Shown one piece after another: positions 1 through 8,682 of a stretch of 64,000 nt of DNA; position 1 is the first letter of the stretch; every line of letters starts with the position of its first letter. Under the pieces are notes generated by a model. That model worked only from the letters and a program-made list of their open reading frames with translations. It was not told the DNA's origin and ran no database searches. The DNA is from an uncultured Pelagibacteraceae bacterium (GTDB lineage: Bacteria; Pseudomonadota; Alphaproteobacteria; Pelagibacterales; Pelagibacteraceae), in NCBI GenBank assembly GCA_902577625.1, contig CACGZX010000001.1:44146-108145 (forward strand), in the 5' to 3' direction. A program made the position numbers and the translations under genes.

Positions 1-1
1 T

Positions 2-580
2 GTTTGTATAACAAAAATTAAAAGTAATAAAGAAATGATGAAATTTAGAAAACAAATACAAATGATATTTCAAGATCCATACTCTTCATTAAATGGTAGA
101 TTAAAAGTTAAAGATATAGTTGCTGAACCAATTAAACTTCACAATCCCTCAATAAGTACAAAAGATATAGATAGTTATATTTATGATTTATTAGAGTCAG
201 TTGAACTAACTCAACAATCAGCTGAAAGATATCCTCATGAATTTTCAGGAGGTCAAAGACAAAGAATATCTATTGCAAGAGCTCTTGCTACTCAACCTAG
301 ACTTCTTGTTTGTGATGAACCAACCTCAGCTTTAGATGTAAGTATCCAAGCACAAATATTAAATTTATTGAAAGATTTACAAGAACAATTAAATTTGACA
401 ATATTATTCATTAGTCATGATTTGCCAGTGGTCAGACAAATGTGTGATCGAATAGCTGTTTTAAAAAATGGAAAACTTTGTGAGATATCAAAAACTGAAG
501 AGTTATTTAAAAACCCATCACACGATTATACAAAAGAATTACTTACGTTAATGCCAAAAATAGAATCAATTTACAATTAA
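2..580 (+). CDS. Dipeptide/oligopeptide-type ABC transporter ATP-binding protein (5'-partial)
   Basis: Frame open from the window edge; QMIFQDPYSSLN, signature FSGGQRQR, Walker B LLVCDEPTSALD; Walker A lies before the window. Confidence 0.9.
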   Translation, partial: VCITKIKSNKEMMKFRKQIQMIFQDPYSSLNGRLKVKDIVAEPIKLHNPSISTKDIDSYIYDLLESVELTQQSAERYPHEFSGGQRQRISIARALATQPRLLVCDEPTSALDVSIQAQILNLLKDLQEQLNLTILFISHDLPVVRQMCDRIAVLKNGKLCEISKTEELFKNPSHDYTKELLTLMPKIESIYN

Positions 581-589
581 GGAGGAAAA

Positions 590-982
590 ATGCCAATGTT
601 TAAGCCAATCTCAGAAAACGAAGCTAAAGGAAAAGTTAAAGAAGTTTTCGATGAGATAAAAAGTACAAGAAAAATTACTGAAGTTCCAAATTTTTGGAAA
701 TATATTGCAAACAGCCCAGAAACTTTGGAAAGAACCTGGAAATCAACTTCACAAGTCATGAAACCAGGTGCATTAGATGCTGTAACGAAAGAATTAATTT
801 ATGTCGCTGTTTCAATGACAAACAGTTGTGAGTATTGCACTAAATCTCATTCAGCTGCTGCAAAGAAAAAAGGTGCAACAGAAGAGATGATCAGAGAAAT
901 GATCGATGTTATGGGTATCGCCAATCAGAATAATAAATTAGTAGAAGCTTACGGTGTTGAAGTCGATGAAATTTACAAGTAA
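590..982 (+). CDS. Carboxymuconolactone decarboxylase/AhpD-family protein
   Basis: KELIYVAVSMTNSCEYCTKSH (CxxC..H); SD GGAGG upstream. Confidence 0.85.
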   Translation: MPMFKPISENEAKGKVKEVFDEIKSTRKITEVPNFWKYIANSPETLERTWKSTSQVMKPGALDAVTKELIYVAVSMTNSCEYCTKSHSAAAKKKGATEEMIREMIDVMGIANQNNKLVEAYGVEVDEIYK

Positions 983-1897
983 TTAATCTATTGGATAGTT
1001 CCAAGCATCTCCACCAACAACTTTTGATATCGCAGAAAAATCTTTTGTATCATTTCCTTCTTCACAAAATTTATCATAAATTTCCAAAGCCATTTTTGCA
1101 AGTGGAGTAGAGGCATTGACTTGTTTTGCACATTCATTTGCTAATTTTAAATCTTTATTCATCATACCTGCAGAAAACCCTGGACGATAATTATTATTTG
1201 ATGGCGTTCCATCGATTAAACCAGGCAAGGGTGGATAAACAGAAATAGGCCAACTATTTCCTGAAGCATTTTTCATAATTTCATGAACTTTTTTAATATC
1301 TATGTTTAATCTTTTAGCAAGCATTAGAGATTCAGAGGCTGCAATCATTGTAATTCCTAAAGACATGTTGTTACAAATTTTTGCTCCATTACCACTACCG
1401 AGATCTCCGGCATGGAATATATTTTTTCCCATTATTTTTAATAAAGGTAAAGCAATATCAAAGGCTTCTTTAGTTCCACCTACCATAATATTTAAAGTTG
1501 CTTTTTCAGCACCCATGATACCTCCACTAACTGGAGCATCTATCATTTTAATACCTTTTTCGTTAGCCTTTTTACCTATCTCAATTGATGTTTGAATATC
1601 AATTGTAGAACAATCAATAAGAAGACAATTTTTAGAAACTTTATTAATTATACCTTTGTCTCCTAAATAAACTTCTTTTGAGTTTTTGCCTTCAGGCAAC
1701 ATTGTTATTACAGTGGTTACTTCGTTTGTAATTAAATCATCTAAATTTTCTACAATATCTAATTTTTTTTCTTTTGCTTTTTCAATCATCTTTTTTGAAA
1801 CATCAAAAACTTTCACTTTTTTTCCTGCTTTAACTAAATTATTTGCCATTGGGTTTCCCATATTACCAACTCCAATGAACGCTATTAGTTCAGACAT
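983..1897 (-). CDS. mmsB: 3-hydroxyisobutyrate dehydrogenase
   Basis: FIGVGNMG, ITMLP, DAPVSGG, KICNN, YPPLPG..PSNNNYRPGF typical of MmsB. Confidence 0.9.
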   Translation of the reverse strand: MSELIAFIGVGNMGNPMANNLVKAGKKVKVFDVSKKMIEKAKEKKLDIVENLDDLITNEVTTVITMLPEGKNSKEVYLGDKGIINKVSKNCLLIDCSTIDIQTSIEIGKKANEKGIKMIDAPVSGGIMGAEKATLNIMVGGTKEAFDIALPLLKIMGKNIFHAGDLGSGNGAKICNNMSLGITMIAASESLMLAKRLNIDIKKVHEIMKNASGNSWPISVYPPLPGLIDGTPSNNNYRPGFSAGMMNKDLKLANECAKQVNASTPLAKMALEIYDKFCEEGNDTKDFSAISKVVGGDAWNYPID

Positions 1898-1918
1898 ATT
1901 TTTCTCCCTTTATTAAAT

Positions 1919-2254
1919 TTAATTTACTTTACCTAGTAAATTTACAATTAAGACTCCTGCTATGATTAAAATAATTCCAATTAAACCATATGCGTTAGGC
2001 ATTTGATTATATTTAACAATCCCAAAAATTAGTATTGACGCAACTGTAACCGCACTGTAAGTGGCATATGCAAAACCTACTGGGATCGCAGACATTCCTT
2101 TTGCAAGAGAAAACATAGTTACACACATTAAAAGTATGCAAGCCACAGAAGGTGTAAGTTTTGTAAATCCATCAGAAATTTTTGCAAAACTGTTTGCAGT
2201 TATTCCACAAGATATTGCTATAAATAAAAAAATATATCCTGTGAATGGCTTCAT
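1919..2254 (-). CDS. SMR/DMT family small transporter subunit (no Glu14)
   Basis: 111 aa, 4 TM, K..DGFT..P, IPVGFAYA, GIILIIAGV. Confidence 0.85.
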   Translation of the reverse strand: MKPFTGYIFLFIAISCGITANSFAKISDGFTKLTPSVACILLMCVTMFSLAKGMSAIPVGFAYATYSAVTVASILIFGIVKYNQMPNAYGLIGIILIIAGVLIVNLLGKVN

Positions 2255-2590
2255 TTAATTCGCTTTTCCTAACAAGTTAACAATTAAAACACCAGCTATA
2301 ATTAAAGCAAGACCTATCATAGTATAAAGATCTGGAATTTGTTTAAATTTATACATTCCTACAATTGTTGTTGCTATGATACAAAGTCCTGCGAATGAAG
2401 CATAAGTTATTCCAACAGGAATTGTTTTCATAACAAGTGACAATGTATACATACAACCAACAATAGTTACTGCAGTAATAACACTAGGCAACAATAGTGT
2501 GAAACCTTGCGCACCCTTAGCAAAACCATTTGATGCAGTCCCCAAAACAACCGCTACAATTAAAATTATATAAGCAGATATATTAGTCAC
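2255..2590 (-). CDS. SMR/DMT family small transporter subunit (no Glu14)
   Basis: 111-aa paralog, GFT..P, IPVGITYA, GLALIIAGV; GTG start. Confidence 0.85.
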   Translation of the reverse strand: MTNISAYIILIVAVVLGTASNGFAKGAQGFTLLLPSVITAVTIVGCMYTLSLVMKTIPVGITYASFAGLCIIATTIVGMYKFKQIPDLYTMIGLALIIAGVLIVNLLGKAN

Positions 2591-2605
2591 AACTGAAGAT
2601 TATTA

Positions 2606-2827
2606 TTAATTGGTAATTTTATCTACAAATTTTTTTGTTGGTGGACCCACAACTAGAGATGTAATTATTGCTATTGGTAAACTTACTGACCATGCTTTAA
2701 AAAATCTTTGAGCATATTCACTATCCATTCCAGTATTAATATATGTAATAATTAAGGTCATAAACAAACTCATTCCAAAACCCATAATTAAAATAAAAAT
2801 AAAATTAGAATATTTTTTTTTTAACAT
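2606..2827 (-). CDS. DUF2798-like small membrane protein
   Basis: Two TM segments, M..GMS..M and F..AW..S.PIA pattern. Confidence 0.7.
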   Translation of the reverse strand: MLKKKYSNFIFILIMGFGMSLFMTLIITYINTGMDSEYAQRFFKAWSVSLPIAIITSLVVGPPTKKFVDKITN

Positions 2828-3417
2828 TATTTTTTAGACCAAATTATAGCATCTTCCATTCTATCGTCTCCCCAAAAGATCTCATTATTAACTATAAATG
2901 ATGGACTGCCAAAAACTTTATTGTTACGTGCGCTATCTGTATTTGCCAAAAATTCTTTTTCTATTCCTTCTGAATTTGCATTTAAAATGACTTTATCTTT
3001 ATCTAGTTTTAGTTCGGAACATATTTCAGAAATATTAGGTTCTACTGCAGGCTCTTTATTTTCTTGAAACCATCTTTTGTAAGTGAGCCTTACATAATCA
3101 ACTCCCCAACCTTCTTTTAAACCAAGTATTGCAAGTTTATTTGCTAGGTCAAATTGAGTTAACGGGTAAGGAACAGGAGTTTTTGCAGAAAAACCATAAC
3201 CTTCTGCTCTTCTTTCAATATCTCTCCACATGTAATCAACTTTACTTTTTTTATCATCTGGAAAAGGATGGTTATTCATTTCATTCATTATTATTCTTAC
3301 ACTGAATGGTTTCCAATTAAATTTTACGCCATGTTTTTTTTCAACATCTAAAATTCTTGTTACAGAAAGATATGTGTATGTACTTCCAATGGAAAAATAA
3401 AAATCAATATTATTCAT
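2827..3417 (-). CDS. 2-hydroxychromene-2-carboxylate isomerase / GST-kappa (DsbA-fold) protein
   Basis: IDFYFSIGSTYTY, VFGSPSFIV..EIFWGDDR. Confidence 0.85.
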   Translation of the reverse strand: MNNIDFYFSIGSTYTYLSVTRILDVEKKHGVKFNWKPFSVRIIMNEMNNHPFPDDKKSKVDYMWRDIERRAEGYGFSAKTPVPYPLTQFDLANKLAILGLKEGWGVDYVRLTYKRWFQENKEPAVEPNISEICSELKLDKDKVILNANSEGIEKEFLANTDSARNNKVFGSPSFIVNNEIFWGDDRMEDAIIWSKK

Positions 3418-3801
3418 TTAACTTAAAACGCATCTAGCTGTAATTTTATTACCGTCATGGTCACGGACATAACCATAATAATTTCCATCTGATCTTAATC
3501 CTGGAGCTCCTTCATCAACAGCACCGTTTTCAAGTGCTGTTTTATGAAATTTATCTACAGCCTCTTTCGTTTGAGCTGCTAAAGCAACCATTGTACCGTT
3601 TCCCGCGTTAGCATTTTCTTTATTGTGAGGTTTTGTAATATAAAACTTTGCTCCATCATCTTCACTAAAACCATATCCAATATATCTTTCTGTTACGGTA
3701 ACTCTTTTCATTTTAAGATGAGCTAATATAGAATCGTAAAACTTACTTGATTTTTCAAGATCATTAGTCCCAACCATTACAAAACCAATTGCTTTATTCA
3801 T
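3418..3801 (-). CDS. VOC/glyoxalase family protein
   Basis: VGTNDLEKS..FYD, GNGTMVAL, DEGAPGLR, YVRDHDGNK; ATG chosen over the upstream TTG. Confidence 0.85.
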   Translation of the reverse strand: MNKAIGFVMVGTNDLEKSSKFYDSILAHLKMKRVTVTERYIGYGFSEDDGAKFYITKPHNKENANAGNGTMVALAAQTKEAVDKFHKTALENGAVDEGAPGLRSDGNYYGYVRDHDGNKITARCVLS

Positions 3802-3810
3802 TAACAATCT

Positions 3811-4131
3811 TTATTTAGGCATTGGAGTTGCACCAGTTTCCAAAGCAATTATCTTACCATCTTTATATTTATAAACTGCCATTACAGCCTCAACATTTCC
3901 ATCATCAAATGTTACAAATGCATGGTGTATACCGACTTCATTATTTTCATAAACAATTCTTGTTTTATCTTGTTTAATGTCACCGCTCATCGCCCATTTG
4001 ATTACATCAGCTTTACTTAAAGAATTACCTGATTTGTGCATTGTAAATTTAAAATCATCATGCAAAAGTTCATTCATAGCTGCTTCATCTTTATTTGTCA
4101 TTGCAGCACTATATTTTTCTAAAATAGACAT
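3811..4131 (-). CDS. NTF2/SnoaL-like protein
   Basis: D.AAMNELLHDDF near N-terminus, C-terminal KDGKII. Confidence 0.75.
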   Translation of the reverse strand: MSILEKYSAAMTNKDEAAMNELLHDDFKFTMHKSGNSLSKADVIKWAMSGDIKQDKTRIVYENNEVGIHHAFVTFDDGNVEAVMAVYKYKDGKIIALETGATPMPK

Positions 4132-4132
4132 A

Positions 4133-4423
4133 TTATTTTGCTCCTTTAATTATTATTACATTTCCGACAGAGTTATCTAGCCGTATCTGTCTTACCGGTT
4201 TGTATTCTTCAGAATTATAAAACTCTAAAGCTTTTTCATAAGAGGGAAATTTAACAACGACTGTTCTAGGAAGTTTCCATTCACCCTCAACACATTCGTA
4301 ATCACCACCTCTTACTAAATATTCTCCTCCATATTTAGCAACTAGCCCTGAAGCTTTTGCTACATAATTTTTATATTCTTCAGGGTTAGTTATTTCGATT
4401 TGAAATATTGCATATCCAGTCAT
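4133..4423 (-). CDS. DUF1330 domain protein
   Basis: KYGGEYLVRGG..EG.W...VVVKFPS...FYNSEEY. Confidence 0.9.
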   Translation of the reverse strand: MTGYAIFQIEITNPEEYKNYVAKASGLVAKYGGEYLVRGGDYECVEGEWKLPRTVVVKFPSYEKALEFYNSEEYKPVRQIRLDNSVGNVIIIKGAK

Positions 4424-4425
4424 TT

Positions 4426-4716
4426 TTATATTTCCATTTTAGTACATTCCCAAACATGCATTTTGTTTACACACTCATCATAAATTGGTTTTCCAATTGG
4501 ATTTTTTCCAGACACCATCTCTTTCATTTTTTCCATATTATGAACAAATACCTTAAACATAACACCACTTTTATCTGGCTTTACTGCTCCAATAGTTTTT
4601 TCTGGATGAGCTGCTGATTTTCTTACGCTCATTCCTTCATCTGATTGCATCCATCCCATAAATTTTTCAAGCTTTCCTTCTTTTAAATCTACGATCACTA
4701 ATACTTCTTTTTCCAT
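4426..4716 (-). CDS. Hypothetical protein, first gene of the minus-strand operon (possible dimeric alpha+beta barrel)
   Basis: 96-aa ORF with strong SD AGGAGG. Confidence 0.7.
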   Translation of the reverse strand: MEKEVLVIVDLKEGKLEKFMGWMQSDEGMSVRKSAAHPEKTIGAVKPDKSGVMFKVFVHNMEKMKEMVSGKNPIGKPIYDECVNKMHVWECTKMEI

Positions 4717-4771
4717 TATTTCCTCCTTTCTTTTTTATATTAAAAATTATTTTATTAATTTTAATTTAACA

Positions 4772-4791
4772 ATGTAACAACTTTGTTACAT
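4772..4791. promoter_or_regulatory. Perfect 9-bp inverted repeat ATGTAACAA-CT-TTGTTACAT, candidate operator
   Basis: Read directly; lies upstream of the 4716-983 operon. Confidence 0.5.
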
Positions 4792-4807
4792 AACAGGTAT
4801 GCATTAA

Positions 4808-5809
4808 TTATATCCAGTTAGGAAATGGTAGGCCTTTTTCTTCTAAAAATTTTTTATTAAACATCTTTGAGTTGTATTTATCTGATTTATCGCAAAGAAT
4901 AGTGACAATAGTTTTTCCTGGCCCGAGTTCTTTTCCTAATCTTATTGCTCCTGCAATATTAACTCCACAACTTGTACCAAGACTTAAACCTTCATTTTGA
5001 ATTAAGTCATACAGAATAGGTAAAGACTCATGGTCACTTATTGAAAATGCTCCATCTATTTTAGCTTCAGCAAAATTAGCTGTTACTCTACTTGAGCCAA
5101 TACCTTCAGTGATTGATCCTCCTTCACTTTTTAACTCTCCATTCTTTATATAATTATAAAGAGCCGAACCTGTTGGATCAGATAAATAAATTTTTATATC
5201 TTTATTTTTTTCTTTTAAATAACTACTCACACCACCAATTGTTCCACCAGTTCCAGATGAACATACAAACCCATCTACTTTTCCATCTGTTTGTTCCCAA
5301 ATTTCTGGTCCAGTTGTTTCATAGTGTCCTTTAGCATTAGCAGTGTTATCAAATTGATTAGCCCAAACTACTCCATGATTATTTGTACTCTTTAATTCTT
5401 CAGCTACTCTTTTTGCAACTTTTACATAGTTCCCGTCGTCCTTGTAAGGTTTTGGCGGTACAAGTTTTAAATCAGCACCTATGTTTCTTAACATATCTTT
5501 TTTTTCTTGTGTTTGATTGTCGTTCATTACAATTATTGTTTTATAACCAATTGAATTTCCAATAAGACAAAGACCAATTCCAGTATTACCTGCAGTACCT
5601 TCAACTATTATTCCACCTTTTGAGATTAATTTTTTCTCCTGTGCATCCCTTATTAATGCTAAAGCTGCTCTATCTTTAACTGATCCTCCAGGATTTAAAT
5701 ATTCTGCTTTACCATAAATATTACAGCCTGTTACTTCTGATGCAGCTTTGAGTTTAATTAATGGAGTGTTTCCTATTCCTTCAACAAAACTAGTTTGAGA
5801 ATTTTTCAT
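4808..5809 (-). CDS. cysK: Cysteine synthase (O-acetylserine sulfhydrylase)
   Basis: [20 protein letters not shown] (PLP Lys), [22 protein letters not shown]. Confidence 0.92.
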   Translation of the reverse strand: MKNSQTSFVEGIGNTPLIKLKAASEVTGCNIYGKAEYLNPGGSVKDRAALALIRDAQEKKLISKGGIIVEGTAGNTGIGLCLIGNSIGYKTIIVMNDNQTQEKKDMLRNIGADLKLVPPKPYKDDGNYVKVAKRVAEELKSTNNHGVVWANQFDNTANAKGHYETTGPEIWEQTDGKVDGFVCSSGTGGTIGGVSSYLKEKNKDIKIYLSDPTGSALYNYIKNGELKSEGGSITEGIGSSRVTANFAEAKIDGAFSISDHESLPILYDLIQNEGLSLGTSCGVNIAGAIRLGKELGPGKTIVTILCDKSDKYNSKMFNKKFLEEKGLPFPNWI

Positions 5810-6375
5810 TTATTATCTCCATTAGCAATACCGTAAGGTTTAAATTCTTCGGTAGCTGTTCCAACATTTTTTGCAGGGATGCCAACCATAACTGCATTTT
5901 CAGGAACATCTTTTGTTACAACAGCATTTGCGCCAATTTTTGCATTTTTACCAACTACAACAGGTCCTAAAACTTGTGCTCCAGAACCCACAACCACATT
6001 ATCCATTAATGTTGGATGTCTTTTAGAGTTTCTTTGATCATCTGAATTTATACTTGGAGAAATTCCACCTAAAGTAACCATATGATATATCGTTACGTTT
6101 TTTCCAATCTCAGATGTTTCACCAATAACAACTCCCATTCCATGATCGATAAATAAATTTTCACCTATTTTCGCTTTAGGGTGAATTTCTATTCCAGTTA
6201 AAAATCTTGAAAATTGTGAAATAATTCTTGCGATTAAATCTAACTTAGCAATTGAAAAAAAATTAGCTATTCGATGAAAAAAAACAGCTTTAACACCTGG
6301 GTAAGTTAATATTACACTTAGCTTGGATTTTGCAGCTGGATCTCTATTAATTATGGATTCTAAAAAACTATTCAT
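5806..6375 (-). CDS. cysE: Serine O-acetyltransferase
   Basis: [39 protein letters not shown]. Confidence 0.95.
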   Translation of the reverse strand: MNSFLESIINRDPAAKSKLSVILTYPGVKAVFFHRIANFFSIAKLDLIARIISQFSRFLTGIEIHPKAKIGENLFIDHGMGVVIGETSEIGKNVTIYHMVTLGGISPSINSDDQRNSKRHPTLMDNVVVGSGAQVLGPVVVGKNAKIGANAVVTKDVPENAVMVGIPAKNVGTATEEFKPYGIANGDNK

Positions 6376-6410
6376 GATATTTAAATTATTATGATTATTT
6401 AAATGATCAG

Positions 6411-6530
6411 TTAGTTGTTACAACAACAACTACCTGAGTCAGGTTTGCATGAGCACTCTTTAATTCCGTCACAAGTGCATCTATCGCTAATATAATTTGT
6501 ACATTTACATTTTGAGTTATTGCATGCCAT
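6411..6530 (-). CDS. 39-aa Cys-rich peptide (metallothionein-like or Cys-sensing leader), not in the ORF track
   Basis: Hand translation [39 protein letters not shown]; 10 Cys; TTGTAT-N16-TATTAT promoter-like motif ends 9 nt before the ATG. Confidence 0.75.
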   Translation of the reverse strand: MACNNSKCKCTNYISDRCTCDGIKECSCKPDSGSCCCNN

Positions 6531-6585
6531 ACTATTGATATAATATGTGTTGATATTTAAAATACAAGGTCAAATTTGTCTCTAA

Positions 6586-7278
6586 TTATAATCTATCTAA
6601 AGTAAGCCCTTTAACATTTGCTGGTACAGCAATATCCATCATTTTGGGATTTGCTAAGTTTAGATTATTCATTATTTCTGCGTACTGTTCTTTTGAACTT
6701 ACTTGAAGTCTTGGGTTATTATTTTTTTCGTTTTCAATAGTCGAATATTTTTTTCCATTATAATCATGTGCTGGGTACACCAAAGTGTCTTTTGGTAATT
6801 TTAATAACTTGTTGAACAAAGATTCGTAAGCATCTTCTGCACTTCCATTTTGAAAATCTGTTCTTCCAGTTCCATTTATTAAAAGAGTGTCACCAGTAAA
6901 AACTCTATCATTCATTAAATAACTATAAGAACAATCTGTATGGCCCGGAGTATAAATTGCTTTAAGTTCTATGTTTTCTACATTTATTTTTTCACTATCT
7001 TTTATTCTTAAATCAATTACTTCAGATTTAGATTTTTCTCCCATAATTCTAGTACAGTTAGTTCTTTTATTTAGTTCGTTTAACCCAGTTACATGATCAG
7101 CATGGATATGTGTGTCAATTACTTTAACTAATTTTAATTCTAAATTTTTTAATACCTCTATGTATTTATCTGTATGTTCAATTACAGGATCAATTATTAA
7201 GGCCTCTCTACCTTTTCCACTTGATATAATGTAAGTATAAGTTGAAGATTTAGTGTCAAAGAGCTGTTCAAAAATCAT
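6586..7278 (-). CDS. Persulfide dioxygenase (ETHE1-like metallo-beta-lactamase fold)
   Basis: QLFD..SSTYTYI, DTHIHADH, TPGHT, GRTDFQ.G, YPAHDY, NPRL, AVPAN; start moved to MIFEQLFD. Confidence 0.88.
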   Translation of the reverse strand: MIFEQLFDTKSSTYTYIISSGKGREALIIDPVIEHTDKYIEVLKNLELKLVKVIDTHIHADHVTGLNELNKRTNCTRIMGEKSKSEVIDLRIKDSEKINVENIELKAIYTPGHTDCSYSYLMNDRVFTGDTLLINGTGRTDFQNGSAEDAYESLFNKLLKLPKDTLVYPAHDYNGKKYSTIENEKNNNPRLQVSSKEQYAEIMNNLNLANPKMMDIAVPANVKGLTLDRL

Positions 7279-7361
7279 AAGCAATAAGGACACTATAAAA
7301 AATTGCATAGCAAATCAATCTTGTTTATAATTGTTCTAAAAATACTAATGAGAGGAAAAAA

Positions 7362-8024
7362 ATGACATTAAAAATTAATAGTTTGGCTCCAGATTTCACG
7401 GCTGAAACTTCAGAGGGAAAATTATCTTTGCATGAGTGGCTAGGGGATAGTTGGGGTGTTTTATTTTCACATCCAAAAGATTTTACACCAGTTTGCACAA
7501 CTGAACTTGGTGCATTAGCTAAAATGAAGCCAGAGTTTGAAAAAAGAAATGTAAAAGTTATGGGCTTAAGTGTAGATCCAGTATCAGACCATGTTAAATG
7601 GTTAGAAGATATTAAAGATGTTTGTGGATTAAAACCAAATTATCCAATTGTTGCAGATGAAGACCTAGCAGTTGCTAAGCTTTACAATATGTTAGAAGGT
7701 GATGCAGGAACAACATCAATGGGCCGTACAGCTGTAGACAATGAAACAGTGAGAACGGTTTATGTTATTAGACCAGACAAAAGAATTGGTTTATTTTTAA
7801 CTTATCCAATGACCACTGGTAGAAACTTTGATGAAATATTAAGAACAATTGATTCAATGCAACGTACAGCGAAGCACAAAATAGCTACACCTGCTAATTG
7901 GAAACCAGGTGAAGATGTTATTATTGTACCTAAAGTTACAAATGATGAGGCAAAAAAAATCTATCCTGATGGATGGGAAACAATAAAACCTTATCTTCGT
8001 AAAGTACCAGATCCTAATAAGTAA
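7362..8024 (+). CDS. 1-Cys peroxiredoxin (Prx6 family)
   Basis: FSHPKDFTPVCTTE, YPMTTGRNFDE, ATPANW. Confidence 0.93.
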   Translation: MTLKINSLAPDFTAETSEGKLSLHEWLGDSWGVLFSHPKDFTPVCTTELGALAKMKPEFEKRNVKVMGLSVDPVSDHVKWLEDIKDVCGLKPNYPIVADEDLAVAKLYNMLEGDAGTTSMGRTAVDNETVRTVYVIRPDKRIGLFLTYPMTTGRNFDEILRTIDSMQRTAKHKIATPANWKPGEDVIIVPKVTNDEAKKIYPDGWETIKPYLRKVPDPNK

Positions 8025-8027
8025 AAT

Positions 8028-8681
8028 TTGGATCAAAACGAATTAGACCAACAATCTCAGCATTGGGAAAAAAATTTCTCAAATAAGCCTGAGATGTTTG
8101 GTCTTGAACCAAGTATCTCAGCCAAAAAAGCTTTAAACTTTTTTAAAGAAAAAAAAATAAATAATATTATAGAACTAGGGGCAGGATTAGGAAGGGATAG
8201 TATTTTTTTTGCAAAAAATAATATTAAAATTCAAGCTTTAGATTATAGCTCTTCTGGAATTAAAATAATAAATCATAAAATCAAGAAGGATAATTTATCA
8301 AATTATATTTCAACAAAACTATTTGATGTAAGAGAAAAACTTCCATTTCAAGACAACTCAGTAGACGCATGTTATTCCCATATGCTTTACTGTATGGCCT
8401 TAACAATAGATGATTTACAAAAATTAAATAACGAAATTCACAGAATTTTAAAACCAAATGGTTTGAATATCTATACTGTTCGTCACACAAATGATGGTGA
8501 TTATAAAAATGGAAAACATATAGGTGAAGATCTATATGAAAATGATGGATTTATTGTTCATTATTTTTCAGAAGTAAAAGTTAATTCTTTATTAAATGGA
8601 TTTAAAAATATTACTTTAGAAAAATTTGAAGAAGGTACTTTTCCAAGAAAATTATTTTTTATTGTAAATGAAAAAAAATAA
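8028..8681 (+). CDS. Class I SAM-dependent methyltransferase
   Basis: IIELGAGLGRD motif I, LKPNG; TTG start. Confidence 0.85.
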   Translation: MDQNELDQQSQHWEKNFSNKPEMFGLEPSISAKKALNFFKEKKINNIIELGAGLGRDSIFFAKNNIKIQALDYSSSGIKIINHKIKKDNLSNYISTKLFDVREKLPFQDNSVDACYSHMLYCMALTIDDLQKLNNEIHRILKPNGLNIYTVRHTNDGDYKNGKHIGEDLYENDGFIVHYFSEVKVNSLLNGFKNITLEKFEEGTFPRKLFFIVNEKK

Positions 8682-8682
8682 T

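Noticed and set aside
2591-2605. Guanidine riboswitch / Gdx assignment for the SMR pair
   Set aside because: The genes are internal to an operon with no room for an aptamer, and the essential Glu is missing
6376-6585. SAM-II/SAM-V riboswitch upstream of cysE
   Set aside because: No recognisable aptamer; the higher GC is explained by the Cys-rich ORF, and the CAA repeat is its CCC-NN codons
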